Of a stretch of 64,000 bases of DNA, positions 13,060 through 24,506 are shown piece by piece. Source of the DNA: Cladosporium halotolerans (Eukaryota); assembly GCF_011745625.1 (NCBI RefSeq), contig NW_027191457.1, forward strand, positions 124,001-188,000, in the 5' to 3' direction. A program made the position numbers and the translations under genes. How positions within the stretch are numbered: the first letter of the stretch is position 1; each line of letters begins with the position of its first letter. The notes below the pieces were generated by a model. The model did no database searches. It worked only from the letters and a program-made list of their open reading frames with translations, and had not been told where the DNA came from.

Positions 13060-13258
13060 AGGTGGGTTGGTAGAGGGCGGCTGTGTATCACGACTGGTGT
13101 TATAGAACGGTAAATGGACATGGCTGGAATCGTGATCTCATTCGTTGTGACAGTACTGAATTCTCAAGCAAAAAAAAATATCGTGAATATCAGGAAACAA
13201 AGCTCGGCCGTCACCAAATCATCATTCGTAGCACACCAAGCGTGATCTCTTCTCCAAT

Positions 13259-13707
13259 CTACCACGGCTTCTTTCCCTTACTGCCGTCCTCCACGCCCTT
13301 CGCCAGATTGGCCACGCCGCCTTCCACGCCGTCCGTCAGGCCCTGCAGGCCGTCGCCGACGGTTTTGGTGCCAGTGGTGTTGTTGATGGTGTTGCCGAGG
13401 CCGCGGCCAGCGGTGCCTACGAGGCCGCCCGCGGTGCGAGAGATGCCGCCGACGGCTGTGCCGAGCTGGAGGGTGTTAGTGATGTCGCTTTGGGTGGAGG
13501 AGCGTCGATGGGTTTAGGGATGAGATGTGAGAGGGGGACGAAGATGTAAAGGCTTCGGTACGAATACGATTAATGTCCTCATCCAGTCGCATTGTGGAAT
13601 AAAATGTATTCCCTTTGAGACGGACTAATCAGAGTCAGGGTCAAGCCACTTACCGTCCCTGTCACCGAAGTGACGGCGCCAGTTACACCCTTGTTGTTAT
13701 CAGGCAT
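13259..13707 (-). CDS. Small 86-aa Gly/Thr-rich protein; exons 13707-13654 and 13465-13259
   Basis: MPDNNKGVTGAVTSVTGT|LGTAVGGISRTAGGLVGTAGRGLGNTINNTTGTKTVGDGLQGLTDGVEGGVANLAKGVEDGSKGKKPW*. Intron GTAAGT...CTAAC...CAG in phase 0, with biased codon usage. Confidence 0.8.
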
Positions 13708-14171
13708 ATTGATGAGATTTGAATGGTGCGATTTGATGACTGCAAAGCGGTGTGTCTTACGATGAGAAATGAGGTAATAAGGAATGGTATATCTCACTCA
13801 GATATGTCTGCCTATTCAGCCAACATTACTTCAAGTTCTCAGTACTGCCACACAACCATCTGCAGGACAACGTCACCGCAGCACGTGTCAGCAGCTCTCA
13901 CAGGCGGCCGTGTGTCTGGCGCTAAGCCAAGGGTCCGCGGGACCGCTAGCCGGACTGAGACTCACCCGCTCCCGCCCGCCTTCCCGCGGCCGCCGCACCT
14001 TCCCGATCCCTTGGCGCGGCTTCCTGAAAATTATCCAACAAGGGCTGCAGGCACATGTCGCGCGCCGGCCTGTCTCCCTCCTGCTTCTCTTCCTCACCCC
14101 CGTCAACCTCTGCGCTTCGTCTTCACTCCCAGGCACACGCTCATCGCCGTTGTCTGCCCTGCTCATATCGA

Positions 14172-14206
14172 CAAAGCAACCAAAAAAACTTGAAAAAGCC
14201 CAAAAA
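14172..14206 (+). promoter_or_regulatory. A-rich tracts in the presumed PAB1 5' leader (candidate autoregulatory element)
   Basis: CAAAGCAACCAAAAAAACTTGAAAAAGCCCAAAAA upstream of the PAB1 ATG. Confidence 0.55.
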
Positions 14207-14559
14207 CCCGTCCCTTCATCGACTCGCTCGTTGAAGGCTCCCTCTCACTCGCACCTCCCGGCAAACGTACGCTCCGCCTACGCCGCACACGCGCACTTCA
14301 GTGACTCTGGGACTTGCGACTGACAGAGTGCCCGCAGTTATCCACCCGTCGCCAGACACCCAACTCCCGCTCAAACCTTCAGACAAACGTACGTGCGCGC
14401 CTTTCTTTGTGCCCTGCCTCTTCCGGAAGCTCGCGCACATACTTCTTTCACGCCTTTTCGCGACGCGCTACAGCAAGCGCACGAGCGACCGACCGACCGA
14501 CCGACAGCAGCAATACCAGGACGTCCGTACTGACACGCGACACAGAACCACTAGACACC

Positions 14560-16836
14560 ATGTCTGACGTCCAGAACTCCACCTCCCCGGCCGCTGGCCA
14601 GGCCGCCTCCCCCAAGGCTGATGCTGCCACCGCCAACGGCGCTCCGGCCAACGTCTCCGCCGCCGACGACCTCCAGGCCCAGTCTGCCCCTCAGTCTGCC
14701 CACCCCAACTCTGCCTCTCTCTACGTCGGCGAGCTCGACCCGTCCGTCACTGAGGCTATGCTGTTCGAGCTGTTCTCGTCTATCGGCCAGGTTGCCTCTA
14801 TCCGCGTCTGCCGCGATGCCGTTACCCGTCGTTCCCTCGGATACGCCTACGTCAACTACAACAACGCCGCTGACGGTGAGCGCGCTCTTGAGGAGCTGAA
14901 CTACACCCTGATCAAGGGCAAGCCCTGCCGCATCATGTGGTCCCAGCGTGATCCCGCTCTGCGCAAGACTGGCCAGGGCAACGTCTTCATCAAGAACCTT
15001 GACGCCGCCATCGACAACAAGGCTCTTCACGACACCTTTGCCGCCTTCGGCAACATCCTTTCCTGCAAGGTCGCTCAGGACGAGAACGCCAACTCCAAGG
15101 GCTACGGCTTCGTCCACTACGAGACCGCTGAGGCCGCCAACCAGGCCATCAAGAGCGTCAACGGCATGCTCCTGAACGAGAAGAAGGTCTTCGTCGGCCA
15201 CCACATCCCCAAGAAGGACCGCATGAGCAAGTTCGAGGAGATGAAGGCCAACTTCACCAACATCTACGTCAAGAACATCGAGCTCGAGACCACCGACGAC
15301 GAGTTCCGCCAGCTCTTCGAGAAGTACGGTGACATCACCTCCGCTTCTCTCGCCCACGACAACGAGGGCAAGAGCCGTGGTTTCGGTTTCGTCAACTACA
15401 TCCACCACGAGGACGCCGCCAAGGCCGTCGACGAGCTGAACGACTCCGACTTCAAGGGCCAGAAGCTTTACGTGGGCCGCGCCCAGAAGAAGCACGAGCG
15501 TGAGGAGGAGCTCCGCAAGCAGTACGAGGCCGCTCGCCAGGAGAAGAGTGCCAAGTACCAGGGCGTGAACCTGTACGTCAAGAACCTTGCCGACGACATC
15601 GACGACGAGGAGCTCCGCAAGATCTTCGAGCCCTACGGTGCCATCACCTCCGCCAAGGTCATGCGCGACACCCAGCCGCTGGACGGCGACGAGAGCCCCA
15701 AGAAGGACGCCGAGGCCGAGAAGGAGGACGAGAAGAAGGATGACGCTGAGAAGAAGGAGGGTGAGGAGAAGAAGGACTCTGACGTTGACGAGCTCACCAA
15801 GAAGATGGACACTGCCACCATCGGCGGCGAGAAGAAGCTTCTCGGCAGGAGCAAGGGCTTCGGTTTCGTCTGCTTCTCCAACCCCGACGAGGCCACCAAG
15901 GCTGTCACTGAGCTCAACCAGAAGATGGTCCACAACAAGCCGCTCTACGTTGCTCTCGCCCAGCGTAAGGAGGTCCGCAAGAGCCAGCTTGAGGCTTCCA
16001 TCCAGGCTCGCAACCAGAGCCGCATGCAGCAGCAGGGTCCCGTTGGTGGCATCCCGCCCCAGTTCATGCAGCCTCAGGTCTTCATGGGCCCCAACGGCCA
16101 GCCTATCATGATGCCCGCTGGTGGCCGTGGTCAGGTTCCCTTCATGGGTCCCGGTGGCCGTGGTGGCTTCCCTGGTATGCCCCAGCAGGGCGGTCGTGGC
16201 GGCCCTGGTGGCATGCCGCAGATGCCCTACGGCATCCCTCCCCAGATGGCCGCTGGCTTTGGCCCGGCCGCCTTCAACAACCCGGCCGCTTACGCTCAGC
16301 TGATGCAGGCCGCTCAGCAGCAAGCCGCCGCTATGGGCGGTGGCCGTGGCGCCGGCCGTGGTGGCCCCATGCCCATGATGCCTGGCATGCCCGGTATGCC
16401 CCCTCAGATGGGCGGTGGCCGTGGTGGTTTCCAGGGTGGCCGTGGTGGCCCGATGGGTGGTCGCCCTGACGAGCAGCGCGGTCGCGCCCAGAACCGTGGC
16501 CCCTCCGCCGGCCCGGCTCTTGACGCCAACACCCTCAACGCCGCCCCGCCTGCGCAGCAGAAGCAGATGCTCGGTGAGGCTCTTTACCCCAAGATCCACG
16601 CCCAGCAGCCCGAGCTCGCTGGCAAGATCACCGGCATGCTCCTCGAGATGGAGAACTCCGAGCTCCTTGGCCTGACTGAGAACGAGGATGCCCTCCGCGC
16701 CAAGGTCGACGAGGCCATGGCCGTCTACGACGAGTACGTCAAGACCCAGGGCTCCGACGAGGCCCAGCAGCAGCAGCCCAACGGCGCCGAGAACGCCGCC
16801 CCGGCCGCTGAGGACGCGAAGCCCACGGAGGCTTAG
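14560..16836 (+). CDS. PAB1: Cytoplasmic poly(A)-binding protein (4 RRMs plus MLLE/PABC domain), intronless CDS
   Basis: [59 protein letters not shown] and [13 protein letters not shown]...[11 protein letters not shown]. Likely start is MSDVQNS at 14560 (CACCATG context). Confidence 0.97.
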   Translation: MSDVQNSTSPAAGQAASPKADAATANGAPANVSAADDLQAQSAPQSAHPNSASLYVGELDPSVTEAMLFELFSSIGQVASIRVCRDAVTRRSLGYAYVNYNNAADGERALEELNYTLIKGKPCRIMWSQRDPALRKTGQGNVFIKNLDAAIDNKALHDTFAAFGNILSCKVAQDENANSKGYGFVHYETAEAANQAIKSVNGMLLNEKKVFVGHHIPKKDRMSKFEEMKANFTNIYVKNIELETTDDEFRQLFEKYGDITSASLAHDNEGKSRGFGFVNYIHHEDAAKAVDELNDSDFKGQKLYVGRAQKKHEREEELRKQYEAARQEKSAKYQGVNLYVKNLADDIDDEELRKIFEPYGAITSAKVMRDTQPLDGDESPKKDAEAEKEDEKKDDAEKKEGEEKKDSDVDELTKKMDTATIGGEKKLLGRSKGFGFVCFSNPDEATKAVTELNQKMVHNKPLYVALAQRKEVRKSQLEASIQARNQSRMQQQGPVGGIPPQFMQPQVFMGPNGQPIMMPAGGRGQVPFMGPGGRGGFPGMPQQGGRGGPGGMPQMPYGIPPQMAAGFGPAAFNNPAAYAQLMQAAQQQAAAMGGGRGAGRGGPMPMMPGMPGMPPQMGGGRGGFQGGRGGPMGGRPDEQRGRAQNRGPSAGPALDANTLNAAPPAQQKQMLGEALYPKIHAQQPELAGKITGMLLEMENSELLGLTENEDALRAKVDEAMAVYDEYVKTQGSDEAQQQQPNGAENAAPAAEDAKPTEA

Positions 16837-17670
16837 GCACCTCCCGCTTTCCGCGCTCGCATGATGCCCATGTTCGCGACCCACTGAGTCCGCCAGCACG
16901 GTCAGCTGCTGCCACGGCGCAACCCCACGATTTCCTTTTTCTGTCCCGGCGCGGCTTCGTCCTTTCGCCGACGCCAGCACCGGGCAATCAACTAGCTTAC
17001 GATACCCCCTTTTTACGACCAATCGAACTTTGAGTGTGCGCGAGAGAGAGAAGCAGAATGAAAGAACAGCAACCAAGGGCGGGGAGGAGGGGTTTCCCTC
17101 TTTTCACTTTGTCGACGAACCACCTGAGCCCGTCCACCACCATCGCTACCAGTGGTTTTTTCTTCCTTGTAGCTGCTAGGTGCGAACACAAAAGCGAAGG
17201 GCGTTGTCAATTGCTTCGGTCCATGGTTTCTTGCCTATTTCTTGGTTTCTCTGCTGGCTATGGATGTGCATGCCCTCCACGTGTTTAACCGTTCCTGTAT
17301 GAGTATGGATGTGGTGGGATGTGTCTTTTTGCGGTTTTTTGTTAGGTGGAGTAGATTGTGGTAGCATTAGTTGAAATCAAGTGCAATGTTCAAAAATACT
17401 GTCTGTGCTTGTGTGTTATTGCCTCTTGTATGTTTGCCTGGTTCCTGACTGGTTTGTCGTAGATTTCACGATGCAGACTTGAGCTTCCCTTGTCTTCGGT
17501 GTTGAGCGGCGTTCAAATTGAGTCGCAGCCCCAGTGACACCACACGCTCATCTGATGACGCTGCGATCCCAAGATTAATTACAGCATGACCTGTGGTTGT
17601 AAGAAAAGACCCAATGGGATCATATCAGCGGTCTCCTCGCAACCTCAAGAGTATTTCGTTCATGTTGCTA

Positions 17671-17828
17671 CCCCAACCCTAACCCTCTTAACACCCGTCG
17701 CTGATCATGAGCTCACTCGCTGATTGGCTTGACAGAAACGAAGGCTAGTGGCTGACTGCATTTTTAGCGCCCCCGCGAGAAACATCACCCTCGCAAGGGT
17801 TAGGGTTAGGGTACAGCTAGGGTTACCC
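17671..17828. repeat. Short interstitial telomere-like repeats in inverted orientation
   Basis: CCCCAACCCTAACCCT at 17671-17686 and AGGGTTAGGGTTAGGGT...TAGGGTTA at 17796-17825. Confidence 0.7.
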
Positions 17829-18068
17829 TCTGAATCTCCAAACCAGTTTGCGCGGGCCGCGGCAGGGATCCGAATCCCGCGCGACCCTCAAAGCGCGCCT
17901 CTGTTTACAACGTCCCAAAACACTGGCTTTCATCAGCGTGAAGAAGCAAGACAACATCAATTGAGCAGCACGACACACCACGCCATGGCCTGAATCTTGA
18001 CATTGGTGCTCTTGCAACAATCTGGATTCTCGAACGTCTCGCAGGATCCCATAAAAAAGATCGTTACC

Positions 18069-21000
18069 ATGGAGCGCCCGGCGTCGCAACTCGAAAACAT
18101 GCGCCCATCCGGCCTCAAGCCGCCTTCGAGGCTGCCCGCCATGCTCTCGGGTGGTGCAAGGACGCTATCGGAGACTAGTCAAAGCGATTTGAATGCGCGG
18201 AGTGGCCGTGACGGTCACATGGGCCCGCCATCAACCGCAAAACATAAGCCAAGTGGATGTAAGTGAAGTCTGCGATGAAAAGCAGTGAGGGAGACATTGG
18301 CTGACAGGGCGCATTCAGTACCCGAACCTCCTACGAAGCGCAAGACTCTCGCCGAGCGCGCAGGCGAAACGCCCAGTTCGAGATCACATCTGCCCAAAAC
18401 TGGAATAGCCGGAGCTAGAGCGAACGGCTACCGCAACACGTCAAATACATCCACGAGCAGCTCCGGCAGCAGCATTCGCCCTGGAAGCCGAGGGACCGGT
18501 CTGCGACAGATCGCGCGACAACAACAAGCGGCTGCCGCAGAGCCATCCATGGAAATCGACGAAGAGGCGGAATCAGGAGTCATGGGCAAGCGCAAAGGTA
18601 CACCAACCATTTCTCTCGCCCCCTTGAACAACGACAAAATCACCCTTCGCAAAACACGCACACACGGAGACTTGCGTCACAACTACCAGTCGGACGAATC
18701 CAGGCTTCAACATTCTGGATCGCACACCACCGGCTGTGGGAGTAGAGAGGGATCAGCGAGCGAGCCGGACGTCTTTTCGTCTCGCGAGACCTCTCTTACG
18801 CGACACGAGCGATCTACAACAGATCCTCCCTCACGTAACATTTCACTGAGCATGGCATTTGCCGGGCTCTCCCTCACACCCAAACAACCGCGGAAGGCTT
18901 CGGGTAATCGCCGCCGGCCCTCGCTTGAGCGCATCAAGGAGGAGGTGTCGCCGTCGAAGATCCCGAAGTTCTCTTGCACCCCTACCCTCCGTCACGCACA
19001 ATCCTCCCAAGCACTGCAAACCCCCTCTCCCCTGAAAAACGAACCTTCCAGGAACGGCTTGCGGACACCAGCGAAGACTGTGAAGCGCAAGCCGGAGCCT
19101 TTGCCCGTGTTTTTAACGAAAGAGAAGCTTACGTCTTTTCCAGCCTGGGATACAAAAGGTCGACTAGAAGATATGGTAAGTTCTGATGCCGCAATTCGAT
19201 TTGGTGAGGATGCTAATGAGTTGTACAGGAGTCTCTATATGCTATGCTTAGAACCCAATTCGCCTCCGCCGCAGACTCTAAGACTGTCTTGGAGGAATCG
19301 CTTTCCGTCTACAAGAGTCGAGGTCTGCTACTTTATACACCCTGATACCCTGTAGCGAATCTTACTAACAGCCCGACAGTTCAAGAGCTGACCCAACTCA
19401 ATCGCGATCTGACAACTTCAAGCAAAACAATCACTTCTGATCTAGAGCGGGCCCGAAGCGACCTTCACACGACGACGAACGACATGCGGCAAGCAAAGCG
19501 AGACCACGAGCGAGAAATGCAAGATCTCGAGAGACGGCACGAGAAGGAAACTCACGAGATCAACGCCAAGCACGAGAAACAACTGCAGAAGCTGGAAAGA
19601 GAAGGCGAGCGCGCGGTTGAAGGCTTGGAAAAAGAGATCAAGCAAGCCAGGGAAGAGATGGAGAAGCAGAAGCGCGACGAGATCGCAGACCTAACCTCTC
19701 AGCACTGGGAAGAACTGGACGAAGTCAAGTCCAGACACGCCGACGAGATCGCGAAGCTCCAGGGCGAGATTGACGAGCTGCGAAGATCGGACGAAGGCCG
19801 AGCGGCGGAGTCGGCAGACCAAGTGCAGGCTTTGAAGGATAACATCACGTCCCTGCAGACGCAGCTCGAGGCTGGCAATGCGACGATGAACAGCCTTCGC
19901 AAGCAGCTCACGTCCGTCGAGAGCCAGAGCGCTTCGCTTGAGCAGGAGAAGCAGAGCTTGATCTCCAAAGCTCATTTCCTCGAAGGTAACCAGGAAGCGC
20001 AAAGCTTGGAGTTTACGAACATGAGCGAAAAGCTCGCGGAAGCTGTTGCTGCGAAGGAGGCCACGATTGAGACACTTCGCCGGGAGGAGATGCTTCGACG
20101 AAAGCTCAACGCCACAATCTTGGAGCTGAAGGGCAACATTCGCGTCTTTGTCAGGACGAGACCATTGCTCGGAGATGAAGAAGACCCAGCCAAGGTCGAG
20201 TATCCCGATCTCGATTCGTTGGAGGGCACGAAGGAAATGGTCGTTCATGCTCCGACGACACGCTCTGCGACAGGCAAAGAGCGAAACGAAAAGCACTCGT
20301 ACGCTTTCGATCGGGTGTTTACAGCGGGTACTCCAAACCGAAGTGTCTTTGAGGAGTGTCAGGAACTCGTGCAGAGTGTCATTGACGGGTACAACGTCTC
20401 GATACTTTCGTACGGCCAGACAGGTAGTGGCAAGACTTTCGGCATGTCAGGAGTAGACGGCATTATCCCGTCCTCGATATCTCATCTGCTGTCCGAAATT
20501 CGTCGCTTGAAAGAGAAAGGCTGGGACTACGTCGTTGAAGCAAGCTTCGTGGAAGTCTACAACGAGATGATCAACGATCTCCTCGGCGACGCGAAGTCCT
20601 GGGACACGGAGGACGAGAGCGCGAACACGCGCAGCAAGAAGAAGGACAAGCACGAGGTTCACCACGATCCGATCACTGGAAAGACAACCGTCAGCAACCT
20701 GACAGCTCGCGCTCTCTGGCCTCCACCCAAGGACGACTCCTCTTGGCCCCCTCCTGTCGCCGAAGCCGCCGCTGAAGCCTCTGACGCCTCTAACGTCGAC
20801 GAAGCAACTGCGTACACCACCAAAGCCGTCGACCAGCTCCTCGACACAGCGGCCAAGAACCGTCGCGTGGCCGCCACAAAGTCCAACGAGCGCTCCTCCC
20901 GCAGTCACAGCATCTTCATGCTGACCCTGAAGGGCTCCTGCGCTGCCACGGGCGAGAGCAGCGAGGGCGTCCTCAACCTCGTCGACTTGGCCGGCAGCGA

Positions 21001-21386
21001 GCGCCTGAAACAGTCCGGCGCCGAAGGCAGCCGCCTGAAAGAAACGGCAGCCATCAACAAGTCGCTCTCGAGCCTGGGCGACGTGATCGCCGCGCTCGGC
21101 AGCGGCAAGGGCGAGGCGCACGTGCCGTATCGGAACTCGAAGGTGAGCAAACCATCCCAAATCCCTAACTCTTTGGCTTTTTTCACATACTGACGAACAA
21201 CCGACACAGTTGACCTACCTCCTCCAATCCTCCCTCGGCGGTACGGCGGCCAACGGCAAGTCCAGCCGCACCCTCATGATGCTCCACCTGTCGCCGCTCG
21301 CCGCGCACTGGCAGGAGAGCAGGAGCAGTCTGCTGTTCGGCAGCAAGGTGCACGGCACACATATCGGGACGGCGAAGAAGCGGTGA
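18069..21386 (+). CDS. klpA: Kinesin-14 (Kar3/KlpA-like, C-terminal motor); exons 18069-18258, 18319-19175, 19229-19322, 19380-21142, 21210-21386
   Basis: Coiled coil followed by ELKGNIRVFVRTRP, YAFDRVF, YGQTGSGKT (P-loop), NERSSRSHSIF, LVDLAGSER and HVPYRNSK|LTYLLQSSLGG. Four GT-AG introns keep the frame. Confidence 0.92.
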
Positions 21387-21699
21387 TGAATACTTTTTTG
21401 CTTGAGGAAGAGGTGACGATTCTGGGTACCGTACTATCCCTCGGAGATGGGGGTTTGATGCCTTGTTTTGGGTTTTTCGTATCTTCTTATCAATCGCGAC
21501 TGATCGCCCCGCGCCGCAACGAAACAGTTCGTCTCGGGCGCTCGCTGGCTTTCCACGTCTCTGGCGAGGCCGTCGAGGATGGCCTTCTCGTTTTTTCGTT
21601 TTGCAAATAGATGACTTCTACCAATGTGTATGCACGCACTCAAGGAATGTACTTAACGTGGCTAATCAGCGATCGAGCGCAGGCGCTTGACAATCCCTC

Positions 21700-22340
21700 T
21701 TCATCCTCCCTTGAGATCAGCTGCGAAATCCATGGGTGAAGGCTCGCCTACCCAGCCACCCGGGCGCTCTGCACGTTTGACCCGATCGTTCTCGAAGCGA
21801 ACGCATCAGACCACCCAACGTTCTTTCTCTTCACGAAAGGCTGGCGATGGCGAAGGCGTTACATATGCCCCTTGGCGGGAGTAATCACGAAGGCTGGTGG
21901 GACAAGGGCCTTCCTCACGAGGATGGAGGAGAATGTGGCTGGTGTGCATGAAGGCTCCCTTGTGGCGCTCGCGTGCAGCGCCTTGCATATGCAGGCCGCC
22001 GTTGCTGGGTGACGCGAGGGGCTGGCTGGCTGGCGGAGTGAGCGCCGGCTGTGTACAGTACCTAGGTTTGGCTTTGAGCGAAGGACGCGGGATGGGATGT
22101 CATGAGGTAGGGCATTACGGGCTGGTTCTCCGTGGCAGCTTGGGCTTTGACGAGTGGTGCGGTCGGCTGTCCGCCTCGATTCGCAGGGAGAAGAAGTCTC
22201 CGGTCGTCGATGTTTGAGCGGGGTTGGTGTTTGGTCGTTCGAGTGGATAAAACGAAGCGTGATGTACACGTATACTACATGACTCTTCGCAAGTAACTCG
22301 AGACACATGAGGTAAAGACATATGCTATCCTCAATCAATT
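21700..22340 (-). pseudogene. Possible decayed protein-coding remnant
   Basis: One frame reads protein-like (LKAKPRYCTQPALTPP...YVTPSPSPAFREEKERWVV*CVRFENDRVKRAERPGGWVGEPSPMDFAADLKGG*) with an internal stop and a broken 5' part. No family recognised. Confidence 0.25.
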
Positions 22341-24506
22341 GCCATCCAGAGACAATATTCTCCCCGAAAGATTGGCCAATTGCATGCCACGAACCTTTGC
22401 GTAAGCCGTGGAAACTACAGACACGGCGTGGCGGGCGTAGGGCGGCAAGATGACAGGGATCAGGCCGGGGTGTTTATGCATCTACGGGTGCACTCTGCGC
22501 AGGTGCTCTTGTTTGTGGAGGTGAAGGAGTCTTGGGTTGCTTCGCGCTACCAGAGTAGAGTGTATTACAGAGGCTGGTCTTGCTTTATGCGGAGGTTCCA
22601 TGATGCTGCGATTAGATGGCGTGAGGTGGAGTTTGTGTAACGATTGGTTGTCTCGTGTAGCTAGAGTTTCTCGACGTGAAGTATACCGTTGGCGAGGTGG
22701 AGTCTGTGACTGATAGTCTTGACTTCATCGATGGTCGATGGTACCTCGGACGCTGGTGTGGATACGGCACTCGCGTGGTATAGTGCATGAAGTCGAGTGA
22801 CAAGGAACTTGAAGAGAGATGGCTAGCGTGGCTGTTGTGATGAATAATGCCAATGGATAGACCATGCAAAAGGACTACCGATCATTCGGGTCGAAATCAA
22901 ACCCCCGTGATGAGAGGCTTTTGGTTTTCACAACGTTTGGCGACCGTTGTGCCATGGCAAGATTGGGCTTTGCCTGCAAATACTGCCGAAACACATGGCA
23001 TGAGCATGAGCAAGTTTGCGAAATGCGTGCGCAAGTTTGCGACGTTGTGTCCATAGCATAAAGGGAGGCTGAATATCCTCATGCATGGTGATTTTTCTCG
23101 CGAGCATGAACCTGCCTCCTCAAGCGACAAGCTACCTGCAGCTGTCAATGTCTGGCTATTGCGATACGTTTTCGAAGCCTTCGCTTACACCTCCATGCGG
23201 GCTGCTACGAAAACACCAAGAACCGCCACTCCAACCACCCGCCTAGCAAGACACGCCCGCGGCAGCAGAATAGCCTCGAAAGCATGTCGGCGCCTTATAC
23301 CCGAACAATCAAGCTATCAACAAGCTGCCAGGCAAGCGCTAAGCATCGGAGCGAGAAACCGAGATCTGCGATCAGGGCTACCAGTGGAAACCCTGCTACA
23401 ATGGCCCAAATCGGCGGATGATGAGCAGCACATTGCGGCGCAGGACAAGAATTCTCCGGGATTTGCACGTGCAGCACAGGGCTGTATGGTGGCAAGACGG
23501 GCGGCGTATTCCTGGCTTGAGAGCTAGACGACCAGCAAGCACCCAAAGCCTGGGTTTGGCAAACCTTCGCCCTGGGGTGCCTGCATGTGCGGACCAGAGT
23601 TGAGAGACAAGAGTGAGGCAAGGCGGAGGCTCTGCATTAGGGCTACGGGCGGCGGAACTCAATCCCTGTTTACCTCGCAACCCTCCTGACTGGCGTTGCA
23701 GGTGGCCTTGCAATACGAGCAGACTGTTGTATGGTCATTACGCAGCTGTTGCAGACCAGATTGCTTGTCTTGACGAGCAGATTGCCTGTCTGAGACCACC
23801 GCGTGCTGCCGCCTCCCGTGTGTCCTCACGCAAATGACGAAGCCGATGTGAACGGCGTGCCGTTGCGAGCTGGAGATGACTTGGCCGTGCAATTGGGCCG
23901 TGCGCGCATCGTCGCCAATAAGAACTTCGCGGCCACATATCACACACGACATGTGTCTCAACGGCTCGACATGCCGACGTCGACGAGTAAGTTCTACTGT
24001 GCGCAATGGCAGCCATACTCGAAGGCGAATGCCTGCACCGCCGCCATCTCCCAAGCAAGGCCAAGCAGAGTAACATGGCGCCTCCCTGCCACCAGCATCC
24101 GCAGATCTCCATGCTTGCATGGGTCCATACCGCCCGCAGATGGCGCTAGCGCCTATACATTTCTGGGGATAACGGTGTGAACGGTTAGCGCATGAGCTTG
24201 GCTCGCTCAGACGCATGGCGAATGCCCAAGACGCTGCCCATCCGCGGCCGTTCCCATGAGCTAACAGAGATGGGACGACGGCAAGCCGATCCATCCGTCC
24301 CAGGCCGCGCTCTCAAATTGAGCCACTTTGTTGTGACAGCGGTTCATATATGTAGGTCTTTCCCGGCGAGTCTCTTTGTTTTGCTCTTGTCACAGTCGTT
24401 CGACCCCGTCTCTCGTTACACCACATTCATTGCTCGGTTGCACGAGCCGCCACCTCACGCACACTGTAACGCATACGTGCATTGTGCATTGTCCACACCC
24501 ACCACC

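Noticed and set aside
14314..14559. N-terminal extension of PAB1 in the ORF track
   Set aside because: It starts at a non-ATG codon and overlaps predicted 5' UTR introns; ATG 14560 has a good context.
14551..17076. 841-aa antisense ORF over PAB1
   Set aside because: Shadow ORF caused by strong C-ending codon bias on the sense strand, with no recognisable domains. The same applies to the antisense ORFs over the laccase, the SDR and Nup98-96.
17671..17686. Telomerase RNA template candidate (AACCCTAACCC)
   Set aside because: No supporting pseudoknot or CR4/5 structure is visible, the intergenic space is short, and promoter teloboxes explain it more simply.
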